Shown here: piece after piece, positions 9,756 through 21,692 of the stretch | How positions within the stretch are numbered: position 1 is the first letter of the stretch | Layout: the number at the start of each line of letters is the position of its first letter | From: Rebecca billardiae RCC1528 | Lineage: Eukaryota > Protista > Haptophyta | Length of the DNA: 64,000 nt | Direction of reading: 5' to 3' | Assembly: GCA_965240325.2 (NCBI GenBank) | Contig: OZ251247.1 | Coordinates: 248,001-312,000 of the forward strand | The notes under the pieces: generated by a model | Databases searched by the model: none | The model's input: the letters and a program-made list of their open reading frames with translations, nothing else | Told to the model about the DNA's origin: nothing | Program-made: the position numbers and the translations under genes

Positions 9756-11180
9756 TCAGTCGAGCGTGCCTGCAAGCGGCGGCAGCTGCGCCACGCGCTC
9801 CGGCGTCGGCCAAAAACAATCCAGGCCGTACACGCCGAGGCCGAGCGCGGCCGACTGCTTGCCGCACGAGTACGCGCTGCCGTCTGCACCCACAAACAGC
9901 GCGTGTGATTTGCAGAGCGCGCACCAGCGCACGCGCGCATCAGCGAGGGCGCCTACGCGTTCGGGAACCTTCGACCCATTGGCGCCCTGGCCGAGCTGGC
10001 CGTACGTGTTGCTCCCGAACGTGTGCACGCTGCCGTCCGCGCCCAGCACCGCGCTGCAGTAATCACATGCACACGCACGCACCGCACGCACACCCGCCAG
10101 CGCCACAATGCGCCCTGGCAGCGAGCGGTCGGAGGCGCCATGGCCGAGCCGCCCACCGGATCCGCAGCCAAAGGAGTGCACGCCACCCACCGCGTCCACC
10201 ACCAGGCTGTGCGCAGCGCCCGCGCTCACGTGCACGGCGCGCACGCCCACGAGCGCCTCGATGCGCCTTGGCGTGTGCTGAGACTGCTGGTCGCCGTGGC
10301 CGAGACAGCCACTGCTACCGTCGCCGCACGAGTACACGGCTCCGCCAATCGAGAGCAGCAACGTGTGATCAGCCCCAGCCGCCAGCCCGCCCACGCGCAC
10401 GCCGTCCAGCGCCTCGATGCGCGTCGGCTTCCACCGCTCCTTCTTGTCGCCGTGGCCGAGCTGGCCGTACCAGTTCCAGCCCCAGCTGTACGCGCACCCA
10501 GCGGCGGTGAGCGCGATGCTGTGGTCGTCGCCAGCGGCGATGGCCACGACAAAAGCAGCACGCAGGTGATCGATCGGCGCGAAGGACCGCTGAACCTCCT
10601 TGTTCCCCAGCCCGAGCTGGCCTTGGTAGTTGTGGCCGCAGCCGTGCACGGTGCCGGCCTCGCTCAGCGCGAGCAGGTGGGCACGGCCAGCGGCCACCGC
10701 GACCACGCGCACCGCGCTGAGGGAGGCGACGCGCGTCGGCACGCGCACGGCCGGCGCACCGTGGTGGCCGATTGCCGCGTGCGCCCGATAAACGCCCGTC
10801 TGGTGGCCGTCCTCGTCCTCCAGCTCCACCTCGCCGCACGTGTGCAGCCCGCCCTCCGCGTCCACAAACGCGCTAAAGTCGTAAGCGGCCGCCACGGGAG
10901 GCGAGTGCGCGCGCGCGAGCACGAGCACGCGCTCACGCGAGAACAGCTCCTCCGCCCAGGTGCCGACGCCCGCGGAGAGCTTCGACGGCAGCGCGCGCTC
11001 GTGGCCGCGTGCGCGCGTGCGCGCACGCAGCGCGTGCTCGACTGGCGAGCACCCGCCGGGCGGCGCGCCGTGGAAGAGGCGCGAGGCGGCGTTCAAGCTG
11101 GCCAGGTCCGATGGCGACAGGCCAGCGGAAAGCACGCGCTCGATCACCTCCACGGGCAGGTCCACGAGACGGGTGGCCAT
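9756..11180 (-). CDS. F-box/RCC1-repeat protein, short family member 6
   Basis: Intact ORF; ATG 11180 (MATRLVDLPVEVIERVL); stop codon 1779 bp from that of member 5. Confidence 0.9.
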   Translation of the reverse strand: MATRLVDLPVEVIERVLSAGLSPSDLASLNAASRLFHGAPPGGCSPVEHALRARTRARGHERALPSKLSAGVGTWAEELFSRERVLVLARAHSPPVAAAYDFSAFVDAEGGLHTCGEVELEDEDGHQTGVYRAHAAIGHHGAPAVRVPTRVASLSAVRVVAVAAGRAHLLALSEAGTVHGCGHNYQGQLGLGNKEVQRSFAPIDHLRAAFVVAIAAGDDHSIALTAAGCAYSWGWNWYGQLGHGDKKERWKPTRIEALDGVRVGGLAAGADHTLLLSIGGAVYSCGDGSSGCLGHGDQQSQHTPRRIEALVGVRAVHVSAGAAHSLVVDAVGGVHSFGCGSGGRLGHGASDRSLPGRIVALAGVRAVRACACDYCSAVLGADGSVHTFGSNTYGQLGQGANGSKVPERVGALADARVRWCALCKSHALFVGADGSAYSCGKQSAALGLGVYGLDCFWPTPERVAQLPPLAGTLD

Positions 11181-12031
11181 CGACGATATCGATATGCTGA
11201 GCAACGCGACGGCGTGGCGTGCCGCGCGTGATGCGAGAGCAGCCGCCGCCCGAGCGCGGTTGGGCGATCGACGACGGCGGTTGGCTACTGCTTGCTTATT
11301 GGCTCGCGTTCATCCGCGCCGCGCCCCCCCCCGGCCCGGGCCGGGGGGTGCCGGGGCGGTCCGGTGATCAACATCGCCGCCGCGCCCGAGTCCGGGCCCG
11401 GAGTCAGTGCCCCTGACTACCAGTGATCGGGCCGGACACTGCGGCCGTGATGATGTGATGACGATGATCGACGTGCTGCTGACGATGATGCCGCCGGGGC
11501 GGCCGGGACCGGGCCATGCGCACGGCCGTTAGGGTCACGGAGTGCGGCACTCCGCGTCCGTGTCTGCCGGCAGCATGCTGGGCGCTGGCCGCGTGCTGCC
11601 GCGCGAGTCGTCGGTCAGCACGAGTACTCGTCACTCACTGTCTGGCAGTCATGCTCGGTACGCTCGGCAGACCTGCGCCTGGGCCGACCGCAGCCCGGGC
11701 CTCGTGAACATCCCAGTGCGGGCGCCACGCGCGACCAGCCCGCGGCGGGGCCGAGCACGCCGCCGCGCCTTGGCCAATGGCAAGGCGCCGCCACGGCCGC
11801 CGCCGCGCCAGCCGCTACTCGCCGCCCCGCCCCCGGCGCCGGTGGCGCGTCATCTCGCCCGCTCGCCGCGCGCGTTCGAGCCGCCGGCAGCGGGGTCGGC
11901 GCGCGAGCCCTCCCTCTATCCATCCATCGCCCGGGCGCCGGAGACAGCGAGCTCCCAGCCCCGGAGATTGCGATCTCGCGGGCGTGCTCAGTCGGCGTGC
12001 CAGGTGGGAGATTGCGATCTCGCGGGCGTGC

Positions 12032-14208
12032 TCAGTCGGCGTAGGTGAACGCCCACTTGGCGCCGAGCTCGGCGGGCGCGGGCGGCGGCCCCTTGCCGAA
12101 GAGCCACGGCATCGTCGCCTCCATCGTGCCGTACAGCCGCTCAGCCCCGCCCCGCCCCGGCCACGGCGGCTGCGCCCCGGAGCGCAGGTAGGCGCGCACC
12201 CCGGGCAGGGCCGCCACCCTGCGCACGTACGCGGCAAGCAGCGGGTGCGAGCGGCCCAGCTGGATGGACCCCGTCTCCTCGAGGCGGCAGAGCGCCTGGT
12301 ACAGCTGCGGGGGGGGGGGCGGGTGGTGGGCGTAGGGGCGGGCGTGCGCGGCCGGGCGGGCGGGAGGGGCGCGCGGCGCAGCGCCGGCAGCGCGTGAGCG
12401 CGGCCGGCAGGCACGCACGCGCGCGCGCGCGCGCACGGCGCCGCGCCACTGCGCCAACTCGCGCCACGCGGCGCGCGGCGCGAGGCGCCGCAGCGCCGCG
12501 CGCGCGGGGGCGGGGCGGGAGCCGGGCATGCGCGCACCTGCGCATCGACGTACGAGAAGCGCTGCCCCACGAGGAAACAGCAGCCACCCGCGCAGCCAGC
12601 GGTGGCGCACACGGGCGCCACCGCGCCGTCGGCGGCGGCGCCGCCATCGGCGGCGGGCGCGGCCGCGCGCAGCCGCGTGGCGCAGCCCGCGCACCCTGCA
12701 GCCGCGCGGCGGGTAAGGGTTAGGTTAGGGTTAGGGTTAGGGTTAGGGTTACCGCGGCCGCGCGGGGGACGGCGCACGGTCGGCGGTGCGCGGGCCGCGC
12801 GCGGGATCAGCCCGTCGGCGCGCGGGCGGGCGGCGGGGCGGACGGGCGCGGCGCGCCGGGCTGCGCCGAGCACGCGGCCTCGCTGCCCCCCGCAGGGCCG
12901 CACCGCCACCTTCGCACGCGCAGCACGGCCGCAGCACGGCTGCGCGCGCGCAGCGCGCCCCGCACGCGCGCGCGGCGCGGCGCGGCGCGCACCGCGGCCG
13001 CAGCCGTTCTCCAGCGCGTTGCTCAGCAGCGCGCGGCCGAAGCGGCCCAGGTACTTGGCGTGCCCCGCCTCGGGCGCGTCCGCGGGCAGCCCGCGCAGCA
13101 GCGCCCAGATCGGCCGCCAGTCCTGCGTGATGGCGTCTGACAGAAGGTCGATGGCGGCTGGGGGTAGGGTTAGGGGGTAGGGTTGGGGGGAGGGGGTAGG
13201 GTGAGGTGAGGAGAGCAAGCGGGGCGTAGGCGTGCGTGCGTGGAGCCCGCTCGCGCGCGCCGCGCGTGTCGCGCGCGGCGCGCGCGCACCCGCCTCCGCG
13301 GGCGTGTCGCCGTATGCGCGGCGCGTGCGGCCGAGGTGGCGAAGGATGGCGGTGGGGTGGCAGAGGCACAGCCCGTCGAGCAGCAGCAGCGGCACCTGGT
13401 CCATCGCGAGCACGCCCGCGCTGAGCAGCGCGCGCATCTGCGCCTCGCACCGCAGCGGGCCGGGCGAGTACACCGACGCGGGTAAACCGGGTAATCCGCC
13501 CGCGCGCGCGCGGCGCGGCGGCGCGGCGGCGGCGGCGGCGGCGGGGCTGACGGGCGAGACCGGCGGCGGCTCGAGCAGGGACGGGTCGTACCGCCCGTAC
13601 CGCGACGCCTCCGGACCGAGCGCCGCCGCGAGCCCGCCGCCACCGCCGCCGCCGCCGTTGGCCGCCGGCGGCGCCACCGTCGGCGTCTCGGCGACGGCGG
13701 CGGCGGCGGCGGCGGCGGCCTCGGCGGTGGGCCCGCGGCCGAGCGGGACGGCGTCGGTCCAGGGCACGCCAAGCGCCGCCATCATCAGCCGCACCTGCGC
13801 CCGCCCGGCGCGCGCCGCGCGGCGTGAGCGCGCGACCGCGCGACCGTCCGCGCCGCGCGGCGCGCGGCGCGCTGGCGGCGGCGCGCCGCGCGGCGTCGCG
13901 TCGCTTCGCACCTCCTCGCAGCCGCCGTGGGCGTCAAAGTAGCAGAGCACCGCGCCGTCGCGCTTGCGCCGTGCCGCGCGCGCGCGCCCCCCAGCGCGCG
14001 CGCCGCCGCGCCCGCCGCGGCCGAGCGCGCGCGCGGCGGCGCAGCGCGCGAGGGCGGCGGCCGCGGCCGCGAGCGCCGCCGCGGCGGCCAGCAGCAGCAG
14101 CGCGGCGTCGGGCTGGGCGGCGAGGCGCGCGAGCGCGTCGGCGGGCGTGTCGTCCGTCGCGGTGGCGAGCCACGCGCCCACGCGCGCGAGCACCGCGTAC
14201 TGGGCCAT
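12032..14208 (-). CDS. Glutathione S-transferase-like protein with N-terminal hydrophobic anchor, 5 exons
   Basis: GST motifs LCYFDAHGGCEEVRLMM, DQVPLLLLDGLCLCHPTAILRHLGR, FLVGQRFSYVD, HPLLAAYVRRVAALPGVRAYL. Frame-consistent GT-AG introns at 13795-13911, 13158-13289, 12696-12992 and 12305-12537. Confidence 0.8.
12711..12751 (+). repeat. Interstitial telomeric repeat (TTAGGG)n in GST intron 3
   Basis: gggtaagggttaggttagggttagggttagggttagggtta; a degenerate copy also lies at about 13160-13205 in intron 2. Confidence 0.9.
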
Positions 14209-14676
14209 GGCGCGGGCGCGCGAGGCGTCGGCGGCCCCGGGCTGCTCGGTGGCGGCGGCGGGCGCAGCCGCTGCTGGCGTGGCCAAGCTGCGCCTTGGCT
14301 CGTTTTGAAAGCGAGCACAGCGCGGCCACCATCGTGCGGCGAGTCCGGCCGGCCCCCGGCCCCTTTGAGGCTTTGACGGCGCCGTCTCTTCGTCGTCCGT
14401 CGACTGCGGACAGCACGGGCGGTAGCGGGACGTCCTTGGGTGTGCATGCGGCACTCCGACCATTTGAAGCTCTTGGCACCGTCCACGGGAACAGTGTCCC
14501 GCCCACGTGGCCTGCCACTCCGTGCCCTCAGCCGCTACGCTGAGACAGTATAGTGGAGTTAGCTGCGCGCTACGCCATCGTCAAGCCGAGTAGACGCGCG
14601 GCTCCGCGGTGAGCCGTCAGGCCGACGCCTGGCAGTGGCGCGGATCGGACGGCGGATAGATTCATCAGTGACATCA

Positions 14677-17261
14677 CTACATCGTCATGCTGCATGCATC
14701 ATCTGACGCCGCAGCAGCGGCATCTGATTCTGATGACCCGTCTGCATCTGCCGCGCCAGCGGCAGCGGCAGCGGGCGCGGCACCGCTCGCCGCGTGCGCT
14801 CGCGCCGGCAGCGGCGCCGCCGGCCGCGCGCCGCGCGGCGGCTGCGCCCCCTTGCCGGGGCCACGTACGACGCCACCGCCGGCGGCGCCGCGCGCGCCCG
14901 AAACCAGCGGCGCCGCCGCCGCGCCGCTGGCCGTGGGCACCGGCGGCGGCGCGCGCTCCGGCGTCGGCGGCGCGGAGTCGCGCGCCGCCGCGCCCGCCGC
15001 CGCCGCCGCGGGCGAGGGCGGCGAGGGCGGCGACCACACGCGCAGCGGCGAGACACCGGCGGCGGCCGCTGCCGCGCCGCGCATGCCGCGCTCCACGCCA
15101 CCCTCCGCGCTCGCCGCGCGCGGCGAGCGCGCGCGCGCCGGCGCACGCGGCGGCGCGCGCGAGCGCTGCGCGGCAGTGCCGGTAACGGTGGCGCCAGCGC
15201 CGCGCCGCCGCCGCCCGCCGCCGCCAGCGCCACCACCGCCGCCATCCTCCGCGTCGGCGGCGGCGGCCGCGTCGTCGCTCAGCGCGGCCAGCATCGCGGT
15301 GGCTGCCGCCTCGGCGCGCGTGCGGTGCGCCGGCCGCGCGCTCGGCGGCAGCGGCGGCGCGAGCCCCCGCGCGCGCGGCCGCCACGCCCACGCCGCCGCC
15401 GCTCGCGCCGGCGGCGGCGGCGTGAAGGCGCGGCGGCGGCGCAGCGGCGCGCGCTCAGCCGCCTCCGCGCCGGCGGCGGCGCGCGAGACGCGCTTGGCGG
15501 AGCCAAGGGAGAAGCGCTCTCCCGGGGCGGAGCCCAGGGAGATACGATCTCCCCTGAGGGAGATACGATCTCCCCGGGCGGAGCCGCCGCCCGGCTCGAG
15601 GCTCAGCCTCAAGAGTCCGGGGCGGAAGAGTCCGGGAGCGCTTCCCGCCGAGCGCGCGCGCGCTCCGCTGCTGCCGCGCGGCGCAGAGCCGGCAGCGCGG
15701 CGCCGCGCCCGCCTTGCGAGCGCGCTCGGCGGCGCCGCCCCCGCCGCGCCGTCCGCCCACGCCGCCGCCCAGCCGGGCGCGTCGGCGTGCGCGCGCGCGC
15801 GCGGCGGCGCGCGGCCGCTGCTGTGTGCACGCGTGAGGCGGTGGCGGTGCCGCAGCCCGGCGGGCGGCGCCTCCGCCTCGCCCAGCCGCAGCGGCGCGGC
15901 GCCGCGCAGCGGCAGCGGCGGCAGCGGTGGCGCGCTCGCAGCGCGCCGCGGCCGGCGGCGCGCGCCGCCGGCGCGCGCCGGCGCGGCGCGCGGCGCGCGG
16001 TGCGGTGCGGCGGCTTGCGAGGGCGGCGGGCCGTGTGGCGGCGCGGCCGCGCGCGCATCTGCCGCGCACGCCTCGCACGCCAAGCCGCCGTCGGTGCTGG
16101 CCGCACCGCCGGCACTGCCGCCGCCGCCAGCAGTAGCAGCCATGGCCGCGCCGCCGCCGCGCCCCGTAAAGCCGCCGCCGCCGCCGGCGGCGGCGGGCTC
16201 GGCGCGAGCCGGCGACAGCGGCTGCAGCGGCTGCGCACCACACGACGCGGCGCGCGCGCGGCGCGGCGCGGCGCCATCGAGCGCGCGCGGCCACGGCGAG
16301 GTCGGCGCCGCCGTCGTCACGCTCGTCGCGCGGGAGCGCGCGGGCGAGGTCGGCGCCGCCGGCGGCGGCGCGGGCGGCGGCGCGGAGGGGGGGCACGCGG
16401 GCGCGCGCGCGCCGCCGGGCTGCGCGTGTGCGCCAGCCGCCGCCGGGGCCGGCGGTGCGCCGGGCGGCGGCGGCCATGCTGGCGGCGGCCATGCTGGCGG
16501 CGGCCATGCTGGCGGCGGTGGCGGCGGCTGCGCCCACCCGTCCAGTAGCGCCGAGGCGGGCCCCGCGCGGGGCGGTGCCGGCTGCTGCGGCGGCTGCCAG
16601 AGGTGGAGCGCCGCCGGCGGCTGCGGCTGCTGCGGCTGCGGCTGCGGCTGCGGCTGCGGCTGCGGCTGCGGCTGCGGCTGCGGCTGCGGCTGCGGCTGCG
16701 GCTGCGGCTGCGGCTGCGGCTGCGGCTGCGGCTGCGGCTGCGGCTGCGGCTGCGGCTGCGGCTGCGGCTGCGGCTGCGGCTGCGGCTGCGGCTGCGGCTG
16801 CGGCTGCGGCTGCGGCTGCGGCTGCGGCTGCGGCTGCGGCTGCGGCGCCGGCGCCACAGGCGCAACCCCCAGCCACAGCCCTGCGGCGGCGCGGCGCGCG
16901 CTCGGCGCGGCCCAGCCGGAGAGCAGCCCCGAGCCGCCCGGCGCGCGGGCGCAGGCCTCGCCACCGGGCGGCGGCGCGGCCACTTGCGCCGCGCCGCCGC
17001 CGCCGCCGCCGCCGACACGCGCGCCCCTGCCGCCCCACGGGAGAGCGGCGGCGTGCGCCGCCGCCGCCGTGGCCAGCGCGGCTGTGGCCGCGGCAGGGGC
17101 GGCCGGGCGGCGCGCGGGCGGCGCGGGCGTGTGTGCGCTCGGGAGCGTCGACGCGGTCTCGACCGAGCACGGGCGCGTGGCGAGGGCGTCGCCGACACTC
17201 TCATCACCAACGCCGACGCCATCGTCGCAGACGCCATCGCTACGGACGCCATCGCCAAAGA

Positions 17262-17309
<48 letters not shown>

Positions 17310-17649
17310 GCGCCGCAGGGCCGGCCCACGCGGTGTGCGGCGGCGCTCGCGCGGCGCGTGGCGCGTGCAAGGAGTGCACGCCCGGCGTGATGTACGGGCG
17401 GAGGCGCAGGCCGAGCCCGGCCGGCGAGCGGCCCGCCACGCTCTGCGCCGGGGCGCCCGCTTGCGCCCAGGCTTGCGGCGAGGCGGCGGGCGGCGGCGGC
17501 GGCGGCGGCGGCGCGGCCACGGGCGGGGCCGGCGGCGCGACGCGGCGGAGGGAGGCGCCTGCGAGCGCTCGCGCCGACGCCAGCCGCGCCTCGTGCCGCC
17601 CAAGCAGCGCGTGCTCGTCGGCCGTGAGCACGGGCCGAGTGGCGCTCAT
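14677..17649 (-). CDS. Hypothetical Pro/Ala/Gly-rich low-complexity protein with (PQ)n tract
   Basis: 990-codon ATG-initiated ORF with no recognisable domain; the opposite strand is also open, so the ORF evidence alone is weak. Confidence 0.5.
16618..16845. repeat. (GGCTGC)n hexanucleotide microsatellite
   Basis: About 36 near-perfect copies; encodes poly-PQ on the minus strand. Confidence 0.95.
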
Positions 17650-18361
17650 GGTTCAAAAGTAGGCCCAGCGGGCGCCTCCGCCGCCATCCTCCCGCCAGGG
17701 CCGACCGACCAACGGCCGCTTGGCGGCGATCGAGCAAGCGGGGATCGGCTGCCACTGGCCCGGGCCGGGGCAGCCTGACGCACGTGCGTCCGGGGACCGG
17801 GAAGCTGACGAAGCTCTGCACTTTCATCGAACAGGCAGGATGAAAAGTCGCGCCGAACATTTTTCGATGGCCATTAGGGAACCCTTATTGCCATTTAGAG
17901 GTGCGAATCCATGCGATTCTAACGTATGGGATGCAAAGGCATCCTCAATCCGCTCATTCGGTCAGTTGGCGTGCCCCCCTATTGCCATTGGTGATGAATA
18001 CACGAAATCTTTGTTGGCTCCGGTTCGCGTGAATTTTTCGTCCTACCCCTCGGCCGCTCAGACACGCATCTGCGCCAGCCCGCGGTGTTCGACCAAACCG
18101 CGGTGAATATAAGGCCCAGTGCGAATCTTCATCAAGGGCTGGTAGTTTGTCCTATCACGCGGTTTGAGAGACAGATGCCACAAGTAGGGGTAACCAAGGG
18201 GGTAACTCAGTACTGTACTGGTAGTCGTAACCCGCCATTCCTATGTGCAGCACCACAAGCCGAATGTCGAGCACCGAAAACAAAGATACAATCATGGCCC
18301 ATGGGCCGCGCCGTAGCGTCATCTTCAAACGCAGCAAATGAGATTCAAATGTCTACCAGGG

Positions 18362-19491
18362 CAAGGGCGGTAAGGGCTGTCAACTCCCAGTGGCGCCGAG
18401 TGGCGGAGGTTGGTTGCCCCTCAACTCGTGCGGCCTCGCGGCGCAGCGGCTAAGTCTCCTGGGGCGCCGCCCAGGAGGGCGCGTGGGGTGCGCACGCCGC
18501 GGGCTCCTGCGGCCGCGGCAGCGGCCGCGGACACGGCGCGCGTGGTTGGTCGCATGCTAGACAGTATGTAGTACCCTCCCACGCCGCGCGCCGTGCTCGC
18601 CGGTGCCCTCGCCGTGCCTCAGGCCAGCCGCGCACGCGCGCCGCACCAATGGCCAGCCGTGGCCACGCGCCAGCCGCCGGCGCGCGCGCGGTGCGCGGTG
18701 CGGTCGGCGCGGGTCGGGCGCGCGCCCGGGGCGAGGCTTGTGTATGATGGGCGCGCGTCATGCCGCCTCGCGCCGCCGCACACGAGCTTGATCACGTTCC
18801 ACGCGGCTGCTGAAGGGTGCTCGTCGAGCATTCCTCGGCCATCAGAAATGAGCTTGGACAAGCGGCTGTGAGCGCACTGAGTGCGAGGAACGCGAGCACT
18901 TGGGGGCTCGCGTGCCATAGTATGATGCTAGTCGTGCTCATATCAGTGGTCTGCGCTTGTCTATCACGCGTCGCTGCCTTCCCATGATCGTCTCAACATG
19001 AGCATTTTCAAACATGGCAATGCACACTCGACAGCATGAGAACGCGTGCGCGCCGACCCATGCGGGCTCCAGCGCGGCGGCGCGAGGCGGCATGACGCGC
19101 GCCCAACATACACAAGCCTCGCCCCGGGCGCGCGCCCGACCCGCGCCGACCGCACCGCGCACCGCGCGCGCGCCGGCGGCTGGCGCGTGGCCACGGCTGG
19201 CCATTGGTGCGGCGCGCGTGCGCGGCTGGCCTGAGGCACGGCGAGGGCACCGGCGAGCACGGCGCGCGGCGTGGGAGGGTACTACATACTGTCTAGCATG
19301 CGACCAACCACGCGCGCCGTGTCCGCGGCCGCTGCCGCGGCCGCAGGAGCACGCGGCGTGCGCACCCCACGCGCCCTCCTGGGCGGCGCCCCAGGAGACT
19401 TAGCCGCTGCGCCGCGAGGCCGCACGAGTTGAGGGGCAACCAACCTCCGCCACTCGGCGCCACTGGGAGTTGACAGCCCTTACCGCCCTTG
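18362..19491. mobile_element. Foldback MITE (long TIRs, P-element-like CAAGG termini), copy 1
   Basis: About 420-bp near-perfect inverted arms (18362-18779 / 19074-19491), about 295-bp spacer, 7-bp TSD ACCAGGG (18355-18361, 19492-19498). Confidence 0.9.
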
Positions 19492-19653
19492 ACCAGGGGT
19501 TATGAACCTCCTGCATCCGGAGCAGTGGAAAGTGTAGGGGCGCCAATCGCGTGCGCCTTCGACTCGAGTCTCGTGGCGCGTGACCACACGGCGCGCGCGG
19601 TCGGCGGCGCGCCCGAGACCGTGTGCGCGGCGAGCGCCGAAGCCAGCGCACCG

Positions 19654-21661
19654 ATGAGCACGCCGATCGACGCCGACGCGCTGCCCCCCGCCGCCGGCGC
19701 CGCCGACGCCGCCATGCGCGTCGACGACGACGGCGCCGCCGCCGCCGCCGACGAGCGCAGCCGGCGCGTCACGGCGCTCGCGCCGCCGTGGTCGCGCTCG
19801 CGCGTGGCGTCGGCCGAGGCGTGCGAGGACGTGGAGATGGCGGAGCCGCCGCCGCCGCCGCTTCCAGAGCCCGCGCCGCTCACGCTCGGCGCGCTCCCAC
19901 CCGAGCTCCTCGCGCGCGTGTTTGGCTGCTTGGAGTCCGTCCATGACCTTAGCTACCTGGTCGCGACGGCGACGTGGCTGCGCGCGGCGGTGGACGCGGC
20001 GCTGCGCGAGCGGATCGCAGCGCGCGGGCACGCGGCGGTGCTCCCGCCGATGCCGCCGCCGCCACGCCGCCACGCCGCGCCCGAGCACCACCGCTCGCAC
20101 GCCGACGCGTCCGGCGCGCCGCGCGGCGCACGGGTCGCGACGCCTCTGCTGCTGGCGCTTGAGCGCGTGGCGACGGGCGCGGCGCGGCACTCGTGGTCGG
20201 TGGCGGCGGGCGGGCACGTCGCGCGCGGCTGCCTCGCCCCCTTCTCCGCCCTCGTCGCGGCGGACGGCTCGCTCTACGTCTGCGGCGACGAGCAGTACGT
20301 CGCGAAGCATTTCGCGCCCGCCGCGGCCGACGCGCCCGAGGGGCGGTGGGGCGGCGGCGGCGGTGGTGGCGGTGGGCACGCGGTGCACGGCGGGGCGCAC
20401 GGCACGCCGAGTGCGCATGCCGTGCCGATGGCTGTCGAGCCCTCAGCGCAGCAGCCCGCCGCCTCGTCGCCGCGCGGCGGCGGCGGCGGCGGCCGCGGCG
20501 GCCGCGGCCTTGGCGGCGGAGCGCGCGTCGGCGCCGGCAGCGCGTCCGTGCACCCCGAGCTGCCGCACCCGCCGCCCGCGGCCGCGCCCGCGGGCAGCCA
20601 CTCGCGGCTGCAGGCGAGTCCTGCCACCGCCGTCGCCGCGGCGCGCGCGAGGCTGCTGCGCGCGCGCGACGGGCCGGCGCAGCCTTCGCCCCACCACTTG
20701 TGGCAGCGGCAGCCGCAGCCGCAGCAGCCGCAGCAGCCGCAGCCGTGGCAGCAGCCGCAGCCGTGGCAGCAGCCGCAGCCGTGGCAGCCGGTCCAGCAGC
20801 AGCACCATAGCCTGCCGCTGCGCGGGTCGGCGCCGGAGGGCCCCGAGGGCGCGGACGGCGGCGCGGGCGCACCCGCGCACGCGCCACACGGGCACTTCAG
20901 CGCGCAGCAGCTGTGGCAGCAGCAGCAGCAGGCGCAGCTTCAGGCACACGACCCGTTCGCGCTCGGGCACGGCGCGCTCGTGCCCGCGCGGCACGGCGCG
21001 CTGCGCGCCGTGCGCTTCCTCTCCGTCTCGGCGGGGCGCTCGCACCTGCTCGCGCTGAGCGACGTGGGCGCCGTGTACGCGTGCGGCGAGAACGCGCTCG
21101 GCCAGCTCGGGCTGGGGGACACGGCGCGGCGGGACGTGCCGACGCAGGTGGGCGCGCTGGCGGGGCCCGAAGTGATCGCGTGCGTGGCTGCGGGCGCGGG
21201 CGGGCACAGCCTCGCGCTCTCGGCGCGCGGCTGCGTGTACAGCTGGGGCGGCGGCGGCTCGGGCCAGCTCGGCCACGGCGACCGCTCGTCCGCGCGCGCG
21301 CCGCGCCGCATCGAAGGGCTCGCCCGCTCCGCCGTCATCGTCGGCGTCACCGCCGGCGGTTTCCACAGCCTCGCGCTCACCGCGGGCGGCACTGTCTTGG
21401 GCTGGGGCTCTGCGCACGACGGGCGCGTGGGCGTGGGCGCGGCCGCGCTCGGCGCCGCGGCGGGCGCGAGCGGCGGCGACGCCCGCTGTCTCACCGCGCC
21501 CACGCCAGTCCCGGCCTTCCGCGCCGCGTCCGCGCCCATCGTGCAGCTCGCCGCGGGCGAGGCGCACAGCCTCGCCGTCGCGGCGGACGGCAGCGCGTAC
21601 GCGTGCGGCACTGGGCTGCAGGGGCTGGTGCTCGGGCCGTGCCTCGCGCCAGAGATCGAGA

Positions 21662-21692
<31 letters not shown>

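Noticed and set aside
876-11180. DGR-style adenine mutagenesis as the source of loop variation
   Set aside because: Variable codons often end in C, but that follows from high GC3. No template repeat or DGR reverse transcriptase is present, and non-adenine positions also vary
11815-14463. 882-aa single-exon ORF
   Set aside because: It reads through three introns whose lengths are multiples of 3; the spliced GST model explains the motifs better
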